Part shown: piece after piece, positions 8,615 to 15,880 of the stretch
Layout of the letters: each line of letters opens with the position of its first letter
How positions within the stretch are numbered: the stretch's first letter is position 1
DNA from: Sedimentisphaera cyanobacteriorum
Lineage (GTDB): Bacteria > Planctomycetota > Phycisphaerae > Sedimentisphaerales > Sedimentisphaeraceae
Direction: 5' to 3'
Assembly (NCBI RefSeq): GCF_001997385.1
Contig: NZ_CP019633.1
Coordinates: 2,550,001-2,582,000 of the forward strand
DNA length: 32,000 nt
Made by a program: the position numbers and the translations under genes
Notes under the pieces: generated by a model
The model's database searches: none
The model's input: the letters and a program-made list of their open reading frames with translations, nothing else
What the model was told of the DNA's origin: nothing

Positions 8615-9415
8615 AAAGTTGTAAAATTGCTGACAGTAAACCGTCTTATCAAGCCCGGAGCGGAGTTTTATGTCCACCGGCACTGGTTCACTCAGACCGC
8701 AATGGATGTATTGCTGGGCTGTGAATTTGATGTTGCCGAAAAAAACCGGCTTTACCGTTGTCTGGACAGGATATTGCCGTATAAAGAAGAGCTTTGTTCT
8801 TATTTGAAAGACACATGGCAGATGATGTTCAATCTGGAATATGACATTCTGCTTTACGATATAACCAGTACTTATTTTGAGGGATTATGCAAAAGCAATC
8901 CCAAGGCAAAATTCGGCCACAGCAAAGACCGCAGAGGCGATTGCAGGCAGATTCTTATCGCTTTGGTAGTTACCCCTGAGGGATTTCCGATCAATTATGA
9001 GATACTCGCCGGCAACACCTCAGAGAGAACAACGCTTAAACCCTTGTTAAACAAGATAGAGTCGAAATACGGCAAGGCAGGCAGGTTATGGCTGATGGAC
9101 AGAGGTATTCCAACAGAAGCTGTGCTGGAGTATATGCGTGATAACGGGATTGATTATCTTGTCGGAACGCCCCGTAAGCTGCTGGATGAATTCCAAGAAG
9201 AGCTTTCTGTGAAAAGCTGGTTTGATGTAAATGGAATCGTTCGCATAAAGCATATAGCCAAAGATGACGAATGCTATATTCTTGCTCGAAGCAAAGAGAG
9301 AATGGCTAAAGAACGGGCTATGCGTAAAAGAAAGCTCCGTAATTACTTAGAAGGACTGGAGAAGTTAAAGAAATGCCGCAGCCGAGATGTTTTTATGCAA
9401 AGGCTCGGCAAACTC
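8615..9415 (+). repeat. 801-bp direct repeat, copy 2 (right flank of inner IS)
   Basis: Identical to 5941-6741. Confidence 0.95.
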
Positions 9416-9541
9416 AAACATCAGGCGGGCAGCTGCCGTAAGTGTGTAACTCTTACGATTCCCCGAAATAAGGAAAGGATTGAGAAGGCGAGTTTGATTA
9501 TAAGTTTGAAGCGAGCAAATATAAAGAAACTTAGATTTTAA
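8615..9541 (+). pseudogene. outer IS1634-family transposase gene, duplicated middle part plus 42 further codons, 3'-truncated or degenerate
   Basis: The translation VVKLLTVNRL...RLGKL is identical to residues of the 5545 ORF. It then continues KHQAGSCRKCVTLTIP... and stops at 9541. The C-terminal YxxxWxIExxF block seen in the inner IS transposase is absent. Confidence 0.8.
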
Positions 9542-9600
9542 TTTGAAGCGCAACGCTTCGCTAATTTAATCAGCCCGCGTGGCGGGCTGGAGTTTATCGC
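9534..9600 (+). repeat. possible degenerate relative of repeat family B (ACGCTTCGCTA followed by hairpin CAGCCCGCGTGGCGGGCTG)
   Basis: It shares the layout GATTTT..ACGyTTCGCTA..GC-rich palindrome with 10906-10978. Identity is low. Confidence 0.35.
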
Positions 9601-9777
9601 TTTTAGCTGCCTGAATAGATAAAGAATAAGGGCGGCGGTTAAGCCGCCTCTATCCAGTATAGATTGTTGCGGTGCTCGGGTTGCTCTCCAGCATTGCCCT
9701 ATCCCCTGCAACAAGATAATCTATTATAGCGATGGCGATTGCTTTTAAAAAGTAAAAAAGAGCACCCATTACGGTTG

Positions 9778-10905
9778 TTTTCGATAGAATGTTTTTTTGA
9801 CGAAAAAGTACTCTATTTAAGGAACCGCAATGGGCTATAGACATCTTAACATTAATGAGCGAGAAAGCATTCTAAAAATGCGATCTGAAGGAAAAAATTT
9901 ACTGGAAATCGCCATATATCTCGGCAGGAGCAAGGGCACTATCAGCCGTGAGTTGAATCGAAACATGTCCTCAACCCATGATTATAAGCCCCACCTGGCC
10001 CAGCGATATTACAGCAAACGCAGGGCCGCATCCAAGCAGCCATATCGGCTTGAACAGAATGGCCGTCTTCGTCGTCGAGTATGCAGTAAACTCGAGCAAT
10101 ATCACTCGCCTGAACAGATAGCAGGCCGTCTTGAAATCGACTATCCAGATAATGCCCAAATGCGTGTAAGCCCTTTGACCATATATAGTTGGGTTAAACG
10201 AGACAAGGTTGACGGCGGTGTTTTTTACAAGTTTTTGCGTCAAGGCCGTCGCAAACGACGAAAGAAGCACGGCAGTAATGACAAGCGTGGCCGGATACCG
10301 AACAAACGTTCGATCAGTGAGCGTCCGGAGGTTGTTGACAAGCGTAATCGCTTCGGCGATTGGGAGGGTGACAGCGTCAGCGGTAAAGGACACGGTTCAT
10401 TTATTGCGACACTTGTCGAGCGTGCAAGCCGCTATCTGCTCTCTGGCAGGATGAAAGATAAGAGTGCCCAGAGCATGAATGAAACCACCCGAAGGTTGTT
10501 CAGGAAGATACCAAAGTCCAAGCGTCAAACGATGACAGTTGACAATGGCAAGGAGTTTGCCCAGTTTAAAGAGATGGAAAAAACAGTCGGCCTATGCTGC
10601 TACTTTGCTGATCCATACAGTTCTTATCAGCGTGGAACTAATGAAAACACAAACGGCCTGCTTCGTCAGTTCTTCCCTAAGGGAACTGATTTTAAGAAAG
10701 TTAGTGATAAGGAACTTGACAAAGTTGTCGCCTTAATCAATAATCGATCAAGGAAATGTTTAAAATATCGGACACCAAATGAAGTGCTCTGGAGCGATGA
10801 AAAAAGTTGCGCTTCAGATTTTATTCTAAGTATTAAAAATAGGTAACTGTCCCCTGTTTTTACAGCGGCGCGACGCAAGTCGCCCGCTGGCATTCTTTTC
10901 GAAAA
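9778..10905 (+). mobile_element. IS30-family element, boundaries tentative
   Basis: TTTTCGATAGAATG (9778-9791) pairs imperfectly with the reverse complement of CATTCTTTTCGAAAA (10891-10905). Homology to repeat family B starts exactly at 10906. I recognised no target duplication. Confidence 0.35.
9830..10846 (+). CDS. IS30-family transposase (338 aa)
   Basis: The N-terminal HTH is LNINERESILKMRSEGKNLLEIAIYLGRSKGTISRELNRN. DDE-region motifs are FGDWEGDSV, MTVDNGKEFA and RGTNENTNGLLRQFFPKGTDF. Confidence 0.9.
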   Translation: MGYRHLNINERESILKMRSEGKNLLEIAIYLGRSKGTISRELNRNMSSTHDYKPHLAQRYYSKRRAASKQPYRLEQNGRLRRRVCSKLEQYHSPEQIAGRLEIDYPDNAQMRVSPLTIYSWVKRDKVDGGVFYKFLRQGRRKRRKKHGSNDKRGRIPNKRSISERPEVVDKRNRFGDWEGDSVSGKGHGSFIATLVERASRYLLSGRMKDKSAQSMNETTRRLFRKIPKSKRQTMTVDNGKEFAQFKEMEKTVGLCCYFADPYSSYQRGTNENTNGLLRQFFPKGTDFKKVSDKELDKVVALINNRSRKCLKYRTPNEVLWSDEKSCASDFILSIKNR

Positions 10906-10978
10906 GATTTTTCGCTTACTGCCGGCTCTTCACGTTTCGCTATCCTAGCGGGTCCGCCACGGCGAACACCGCTGTACG
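10906..10978 (+). repeat. intergenic repeat family B, direct-orientation copy
   Basis: See 5361-5436. The conserved part CTAGCGGGTCCGCCACGGCGAACACCGCTGTACG has about 4 mismatches plus a 3-nt indel relative to the other copy. Confidence 0.8.
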
Positions 10979-11276
10979 ACGCTGCATTATTAAGCAGCGA
11001 ACCGCTGGCTCTGTCCGTAAATGCTGTCCCCTATTTTGAAAGAGTGAGACAATTTTGAGACAAGATGAGCGGTAAAATGTTTGCATATTTGCTTAAGAAT
11101 TATATATTGATGTTTGGCGGGTGTCATGGGTTACTCTTAATTTGTTTAATTAGACTGAAAAATTAGTGTAACTCATACCCCGCTGATTTTAAAGAAACAT
11201 CTTGTATTTTGCTCTTCTATGAGATGTTTGTGAAATTTAATATGCATATACAACTTTAGTTTTTTGAAGGAATCAC

Positions 11277-12197
11277 ATGGGCATTATCAATAAAACTCTC
11301 TTGCTGATAACAATCCTTTTTTTAATGACCCCGGTTTACTCAAAACCTGGCCGCAAATTAAAATATCAGCCGGTTATTGAAGGCGTTCAGGTTTTAAATG
11401 ACAACGTCTGCCTTGATACTGTTATCTACAAAAAGATCGGCTCACTCGAACTTGCCGCAGACATCTATTGGCCAAAAGGCAAAAAACAAACTAAACGACC
11501 CGTCATAATCTGGGTTCACGGCGGCGGATGGGTTGCGGGCTCACGCACAGGTGAAAAACAAAAAGCTCTTGAACTTGCCCAAAAGGGTATCTCAGTAGTC
11601 AGTATCGACTACAGACTCTACGACTGGAAAAATGATCGCCACGCCAAAAAGATTGAAACAGGCCAGTTCGATAGGGCAACCTCCGATATCGCCGACGCTC
11701 TCAGATGGGTAAAACATAATGCCCAAACCTATGGTTTCGATAAAAACAGAATCGCAATGGCAGGGGGTTCGGCCGGCGCGCAGCTTTCCTCCACATTTGC
11801 CCAGAAAAATCCCGACATCAAAGTTTACGTGGGACTTTGCGGCCTCTATGATCTGGTTGACATAGGCCAGGGCAGATTCGGCAAAACATGTGAAAATTAC
11901 GGCATAGAAACCCTCAAAGACAAAAAAAACGCCTCCGCAATTTATAACATCCACCAAAAACCTCCCCGCGTTTTGCTTATGCATGGAACCGCTGACACTA
12001 CCATAGATTGTCAACAGGCCATCAGGTTTGCAAAAGCCTTAAAGCAAAATGGCTCCCATGTACAAATCGAACTTTTCGAAGGCCTGGGACACGGCTTCTT
12101 TTATCAGAGCCGGAAAACTCAAAAAAATGCAATGCCGATAATGCTCGATTTTATCACCAAAGCTTTTGACCAGATCAAAAGGGACAAAAATGAATAG
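11277..12197 (+). CDS. secreted alpha/beta-hydrolase, esterase/lipase (HGGG oxyanion-hole type)
   Basis: The protein has a signal peptide (MGIINKTLLLITILFLMTPVYS), an oxyanion motif (IWVHGGGWVAGS), a nucleophile elbow (GGSAGAQ) and the late motifs MHGTADTTI and GLGHGF. Confidence 0.8.
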   Translation: MGIINKTLLLITILFLMTPVYSKPGRKLKYQPVIEGVQVLNDNVCLDTVIYKKIGSLELAADIYWPKGKKQTKRPVIIWVHGGGWVAGSRTGEKQKALELAQKGISVVSIDYRLYDWKNDRHAKKIETGQFDRATSDIADALRWVKHNAQTYGFDKNRIAMAGGSAGAQLSSTFAQKNPDIKVYVGLCGLYDLVDIGQGRFGKTCENYGIETLKDKKNASAIYNIHQKPPRVLLMHGTADTTIDCQQAIRFAKALKQNGSHVQIELFEGLGHGFFYQSRKTQKNAMPIMLDFITKAFDQIKRDKNE

Positions 12198-12291
12198 AAG
12201 AAAATTCGTCTGGAAATGGGGGACAGTTACAATATTGTTCTGCATCCCAGTTGCTAGTAGTTGCCAATTTTGGCTTTCCCCTGTATGTTAA
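12190..12291 (+). pseudogene. 33-codon remnant of a secreted or lipoprotein-type gene (signal-peptide-like N-terminus only)
   Basis: ATG 12190 overlaps the esterase stop (ATGAATAG). The translation is MNRRKFVWKWGTVTILFCIPVASSCQFWLSPVC followed by a stop. GGGGACAGTTAC at 12219-12230 is the exact reverse complement of GTAACTGTCCCC at 10843-10854. Confidence 0.3.
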
Positions 12292-12612
12292 GTATAATCA
12301 ATTAGCTTACTGGTTTCAAATTAAAGCTTCAGATTAGTTTGTCAATATTTCATCGCAGGCTAAACCGCAGAGTGTGCGAGAATATTTTTGGCAAAGCTTT
12401 TTAAAGCCGAGTCTGTCCGCACAGACGCAGGGGAAATATTTAATCAACAGATTACACAGAGTTTTTATATAATATAACAACATCTTCCTCCGTTATTGTA
12501 AATTGCATTTACATTTGGAGGGGTACAGGCACATAAATGGGGGGCTCTCTGCCGGCAGCTAAGTTGCTGCGCAATACATAATTTTATTCTGATGCGGAAA
12601 ATGTGTTTTTTT

Positions 12613-12703
12613 CCTGACTTCGGCGGTAAATTTTCATAAGTCCTTGTCAATAAAGGACTCAATTTTTTGCGCAGGCACTACAAACCCTTTCTCGGAAGCT
12701 TTC
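12613..12703 (-). mobile_element. solo right-end fragment (about 91 bp) of the inner IS1634-family element, inverted orientation
   Basis: CCTGACTTCGGCGGTAAATTTTCATAAGTCCTTGTCAATAAAGGACTC.ATTTTTTGCGCAGGCACTACAAACCC matches the reverse complement of 8523-8613 with a few mismatches. Homology is lost after about 12703. Confidence 0.85.
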
Positions 12704-12790
12704 TATTATTAAAAATAGGCAGCTGTCCTCTATTTCTATGCCTTATTACTTTTTCCTTCTGCTTATTTGCAATGGTTTTTATCCAATTAT

Positions 12791-12934
12791 TTCTCCGCCT
12801 GCGGCGGACGCAACAAGCGGATAGATGATTTTGCGAGCCCGCAGCGAAATTTTTTATCCACAGATTACCGCTGGTTGTATTTAAGATTGTAAAGCATTGC
12901 AAAAAATTTATAAAAAATCTTCGAGGGCTTCGCG
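12791..12934 (-). repeat. intergenic repeat family A, copy 2 (inverted)
   Basis: See 5183-5340. Confidence 0.75.
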
Positions 12935-13117
12935 CGCTGCGTGGTTCAAAAAAATTACCCTCCCCAATAATCCTGTAAATCCCGTTGGAAAAGATTTTTT
13001 CGCCCTAAATAAAACAGCAAATGAAAGTTAAATTCCGAGATTGAAATATGTTTCTTGATGTTAATATTCTGAAACTTAAAATACAGCCATAGTTTACAAG
13101 AAGACACAGGAACAGAC

Positions 13118-14704
13118 GTGAATAAAATAATACACAGATACCTGCTGAAAGATTTGGTAAAATCTTTCCTGCTCGCCACAGCCGCTCTTACGCTGATTTT
13201 GAGCCTTGGAGGCCTTATTGCGCCTGCGAGGGAATACGGCGTAAGCCCTGCGCAGGCTGTGCGTCTTATCATATACTTCATCCCCGTAACGCTGGCTTTT
13301 GTTCTGCCGGTGGGTGCGGTGTTCGCCGCTGCGGTTACATACGGACGTTTTGCCGGCCAGAATGAATACAACGCCTGCCGTGCGGGCGGAATCAGCACAA
13401 CATCAATAATGCTCCCGGCAGTGTATCTTGGGCTGTTTGTTATGGCTCTGAACCTTCTGCTGAATTTTTACGTTGTCCCCCATTACATACACAAAGCCGA
13501 GGTGAACGTAAAGGCAAACATCAAGCAGATCGTATTCAGGAGCATAAAACGCAAGGGGATGTATGAGATTGAGGATAAAGACTCCAAAACATTCATCATA
13601 GCAGACAAGGTGGACGAGGAGAAAAATATCCTCTCAGGCGTAAACATTCTCAGGGTGCAGGACGGCTCGGCAGATTCACTAATAACAAGCTCTCTTGCGA
13701 AGGTGAATTTCAGCAAAACAGATAAGGGCAATGAGATTTCCGTAACCGCCTATGAGTTGTTTCAGGCGGATAAATCGGGCTACTCCTACTGCGCAAAGCT
13801 CCCGCTTACAACAAAAGTGGGGTCTCTGATTGTAGATAACATCAGGTTCAAGAAGCTCAGTATGCTCAGGGAGATAGAGAAAAAACCAGTTCTATTCGGG
13901 CCGGTTCGGGAAAAGGCAGACCAGCTTATCGAGAGGATTTCCACTGAGCTGTTAGCACAGAAGACAGCAGAGTCGGCTGAGGATGACAGCTGGATAGAAC
14001 TTGAAGGAATCAGCGAGAGGCTGCTGTTTAGAGCTGAAAGCTGCCGGCTGGATTCGGATTTGTCGCTTGAGGCAGAAGGCGTGGAAGTGCTGGAGTATTC
14101 CAAAGGCGCGGAAGTTCCTCAGAACCGCTGGAAGGCAGAATCAGCCGAGCTCTATGCCGCAGGGAGCAGCCCCGAGGATTACTGGAATTTCTCGCTGAAA
14201 AGCGTTTCCCCCGCCGAAGGGACATCCTCTCAGGCAGTAGAATCAAGAACGTTCCGGCATCTGGAAACTCCCTCTGTAATCGAAGAGATATACAGCAGTC
14301 AAGACAGCCTCTCAGCTGCTCTTGATTCCGGACTGGTAAACCCTTCCATAGATGTTAAAATGCTCAAAGAAGAGCTCAACCAGAGGATAGACGAAACAGC
14401 AGGTGAGGTGGCTATAGAGATAAACTACCGCCTCGTATTCGGGATTGCCTGCCTTTTCATTACGATAACAGGCGCCGCTTTCGGAGTAATTATGCGCAGC
14501 AGCCACGTTCTTGCATCCTTCGGAGCTGGGATAATTCCTCTTGCTGTGCTTGTTGTTTTTATAATGATGGGCAAAAATCTCACAAAAAATATAATCTCCC
14601 ATACAGACCGCTCCGGCGATTCAGGAATCGTTCTTATTTGGGCGGGGCTGGGAGTTGTTATGCTGATAATGGCCTTTGCCCAGAGAAATATACATAAAAC
14701 TTAG
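13118..14704 (+). CDS. LptF/LptG (YjgP/YjgQ) family permease with enlarged central hydrophilic domain
   Basis: The gene starts with GTG. The N-terminus NKIIHRYLLKDLVKSFLLATAALTLILSLGG is typical of this family. Hydrophobic segments at both ends flank a long hydrophilic region. Confidence 0.75.
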   Translation: MNKIIHRYLLKDLVKSFLLATAALTLILSLGGLIAPAREYGVSPAQAVRLIIYFIPVTLAFVLPVGAVFAAAVTYGRFAGQNEYNACRAGGISTTSIMLPAVYLGLFVMALNLLLNFYVVPHYIHKAEVNVKANIKQIVFRSIKRKGMYEIEDKDSKTFIIADKVDEEKNILSGVNILRVQDGSADSLITSSLAKVNFSKTDKGNEISVTAYELFQADKSGYSYCAKLPLTTKVGSLIVDNIRFKKLSMLREIEKKPVLFGPVREKADQLIERISTELLAQKTAESAEDDSWIELEGISERLLFRAESCRLDSDLSLEAEGVEVLEYSKGAEVPQNRWKAESAELYAAGSSPEDYWNFSLKSVSPAEGTSSQAVESRTFRHLETPSVIEEIYSSQDSLSAALDSGLVNPSIDVKMLKEELNQRIDETAGEVAIEINYRLVFGIACLFITITGAAFGVIMRSSHVLASFGAGIIPLAVLVVFIMMGKNLTKNIISHTDRSGDSGIVLIWAGLGVVMLIMAFAQRNIHKT

Positions 14705-14711
14705 CGAAAAT

Positions 14712-15752
14712 ATGCAGACCAGTATTTACAGAATAATAGATGCAAACTTCAACCGCTCACGTGAGGCGTGCAGGGTAATGGAGGAATTTGCAAGGTTCGT
14801 TCTCTGCTCGAAACCCCTTGCCGCAAGGGCAAAGCAGCTGCGTCATAAGATTTCTTCAGCAGCCGCTCAGCTCGATTCGAAAAAGATGCTTGCAGCAAGG
14901 GAAAGCGATAAAGACCCCGGCGCAGGGCTCGAGGTTTTCGGGCAGATGAAAAGAACCGGTGGGGAAGATGTTTTCGCCGCAGCTGCGAAAAGACTCCCCG
15001 AGGCGCTCAGGGTGCTGGCGGAAACTGCCCAAACCATCAGCCCTGAATCTGCGGGGGAGTTTGAGAAGGCAAGATTCCAAGCTTATACGCTCGAGAAGGA
15101 TATTGCACGCGCCTTGAATGCACGAGAGAAATTCGAAAACGTGCGTCTGTATGTTCTGCTTGATGCCGCAGAAGAGACGGGATTCGAGAAGATGCTCTCA
15201 GCCGCCCTCAAAGGCGGTGCAGACTGCATCCAGCTCAGGGCGAAAAATCAGGATGCGGCTTTTGTGTATCGTTTGGCCTGCATTCTTGCCCGCAGGTGCA
15301 GAGAGGCGGGGGCAGTGAGCATAGTAAACGACCGCCCTGATATCGCTGTATCCAGCGGTGCAGACGGGGTGCACCTCGGGCTTGCTGACGTGCCCGCTGA
15401 GGTTCTTCGGGATATCTCGACAAGGCCGATGGTTCTCGGGCTCACAACGCACAATATCCCCGAGCTCGAAGATGCGATTAAGCAGGGAGCCGATTATGTG
15501 GGGATAGGCCCGTTCGCACAAACGCAGACAAAGCCCGGCTTAACCCCCTCGGGATTAACATACATCAAAGAGGCGGTCAAGCATTTACAGGGAAGCGGGG
15601 TATATCACACTGCTATTGGCGGAATAAATGCCGGTTCAATACCGCAGCTCAGGGAGGCGGGCGTACGCTGCGCAGCTGTGTCTTCTGCGGTAACAAAGGC
15701 TGATAATCCTGAAAAAGCTGCTAAAGAACTGAAAAATCTGCTTCTCTTATAA
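14712..15752 (+). CDS. thiE: thiamine-phosphate synthase with an N-terminal extension of about 130 aa
   Basis: I chose ATG 14712; the ORF-track start at 14676 overlaps the preceding gene. The C-terminal part carries ThiE/TMP-synthase-like blocks: VRLYVLLDA, GADCIQLRAKN, IVNDRPDIA, GADGVHLG, GADYVGIGPF and AIGGI. Confidence 0.8.
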   Translation: MQTSIYRIIDANFNRSREACRVMEEFARFVLCSKPLAARAKQLRHKISSAAAQLDSKKMLAARESDKDPGAGLEVFGQMKRTGGEDVFAAAAKRLPEALRVLAETAQTISPESAGEFEKARFQAYTLEKDIARALNAREKFENVRLYVLLDAAEETGFEKMLSAALKGGADCIQLRAKNQDAAFVYRLACILARRCREAGAVSIVNDRPDIAVSSGADGVHLGLADVPAEVLRDISTRPMVLGLTTHNIPELEDAIKQGADYVGIGPFAQTQTKPGLTPSGLTYIKEAVKHLQGSGVYHTAIGGINAGSIPQLREAGVRCAAVSSAVTKADNPEKAAKELKNLLLL

Positions 15753-15768
15753 TAATCGCACAGCATAT

Positions 15769-15796
15769 TTGAAAATTTTACGGCGTGGGTTATAAT
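15769..15796 (+). promoter_or_regulatory. sigma-70-type promoter upstream of the CNNM/CorC-recO pair
   Basis: TTGAAA (15769-15774), a 16-bp spacer and TATAAT (15791-15796). Confidence 0.6.
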
Positions 15797-15880
15797 TGAT
15801 TCTGCCGGTACGGGGATGAGTAGTTTCTGTTTTCCGGCCTCGGAGAGAGGAAATGCTGTTAATATGAAAAGGAAAACAAT

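Noticed and set aside
9650-9844. 64-aa minus-strand ORF upstream of the IS30 transposase.
   Set aside because: It lies in the IS30 upstream/terminal region and overlaps the transposase start. It has no motif and no convincing ribosome-binding context.
11119-11181. Imperfect inverted repeat GGGTGTCATGGGTTAC ... GTAACTCATACCCC upstream of the esterase gene. It is loosely similar to the GTAACTGTCCCC / GGGGACAGTTAC words at 10843 and 12219.
   Set aside because: The arms need several mismatches and an indel, and the similarity to the other words is limited to GTAAC..CCCC. That is not enough to call a MITE or an IS end.
12487-12521. Nested hairpin CCTCC-GTTAT-TGTAAAT-TGC-ATTTACA-TTT-GGAGG in the scar region.
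   Set aside because: It is a perfectly good stem-loop, but it is isolated in degraded DNA with no adjacent gene, no T-tract and no second copy in the window. I can support no function for it.
15812-15823. GGGGATGAGTAG in the 5' leader of the CNNM/CorC gene, reminiscent of the GGGGAGUAG core of the yybP-ykoY Mn riboswitch.
   Set aside because: It has an extra T within the core. The leader is only about 75 nt long, and I could not find the other conserved halves of that riboswitch (or of an M-box).
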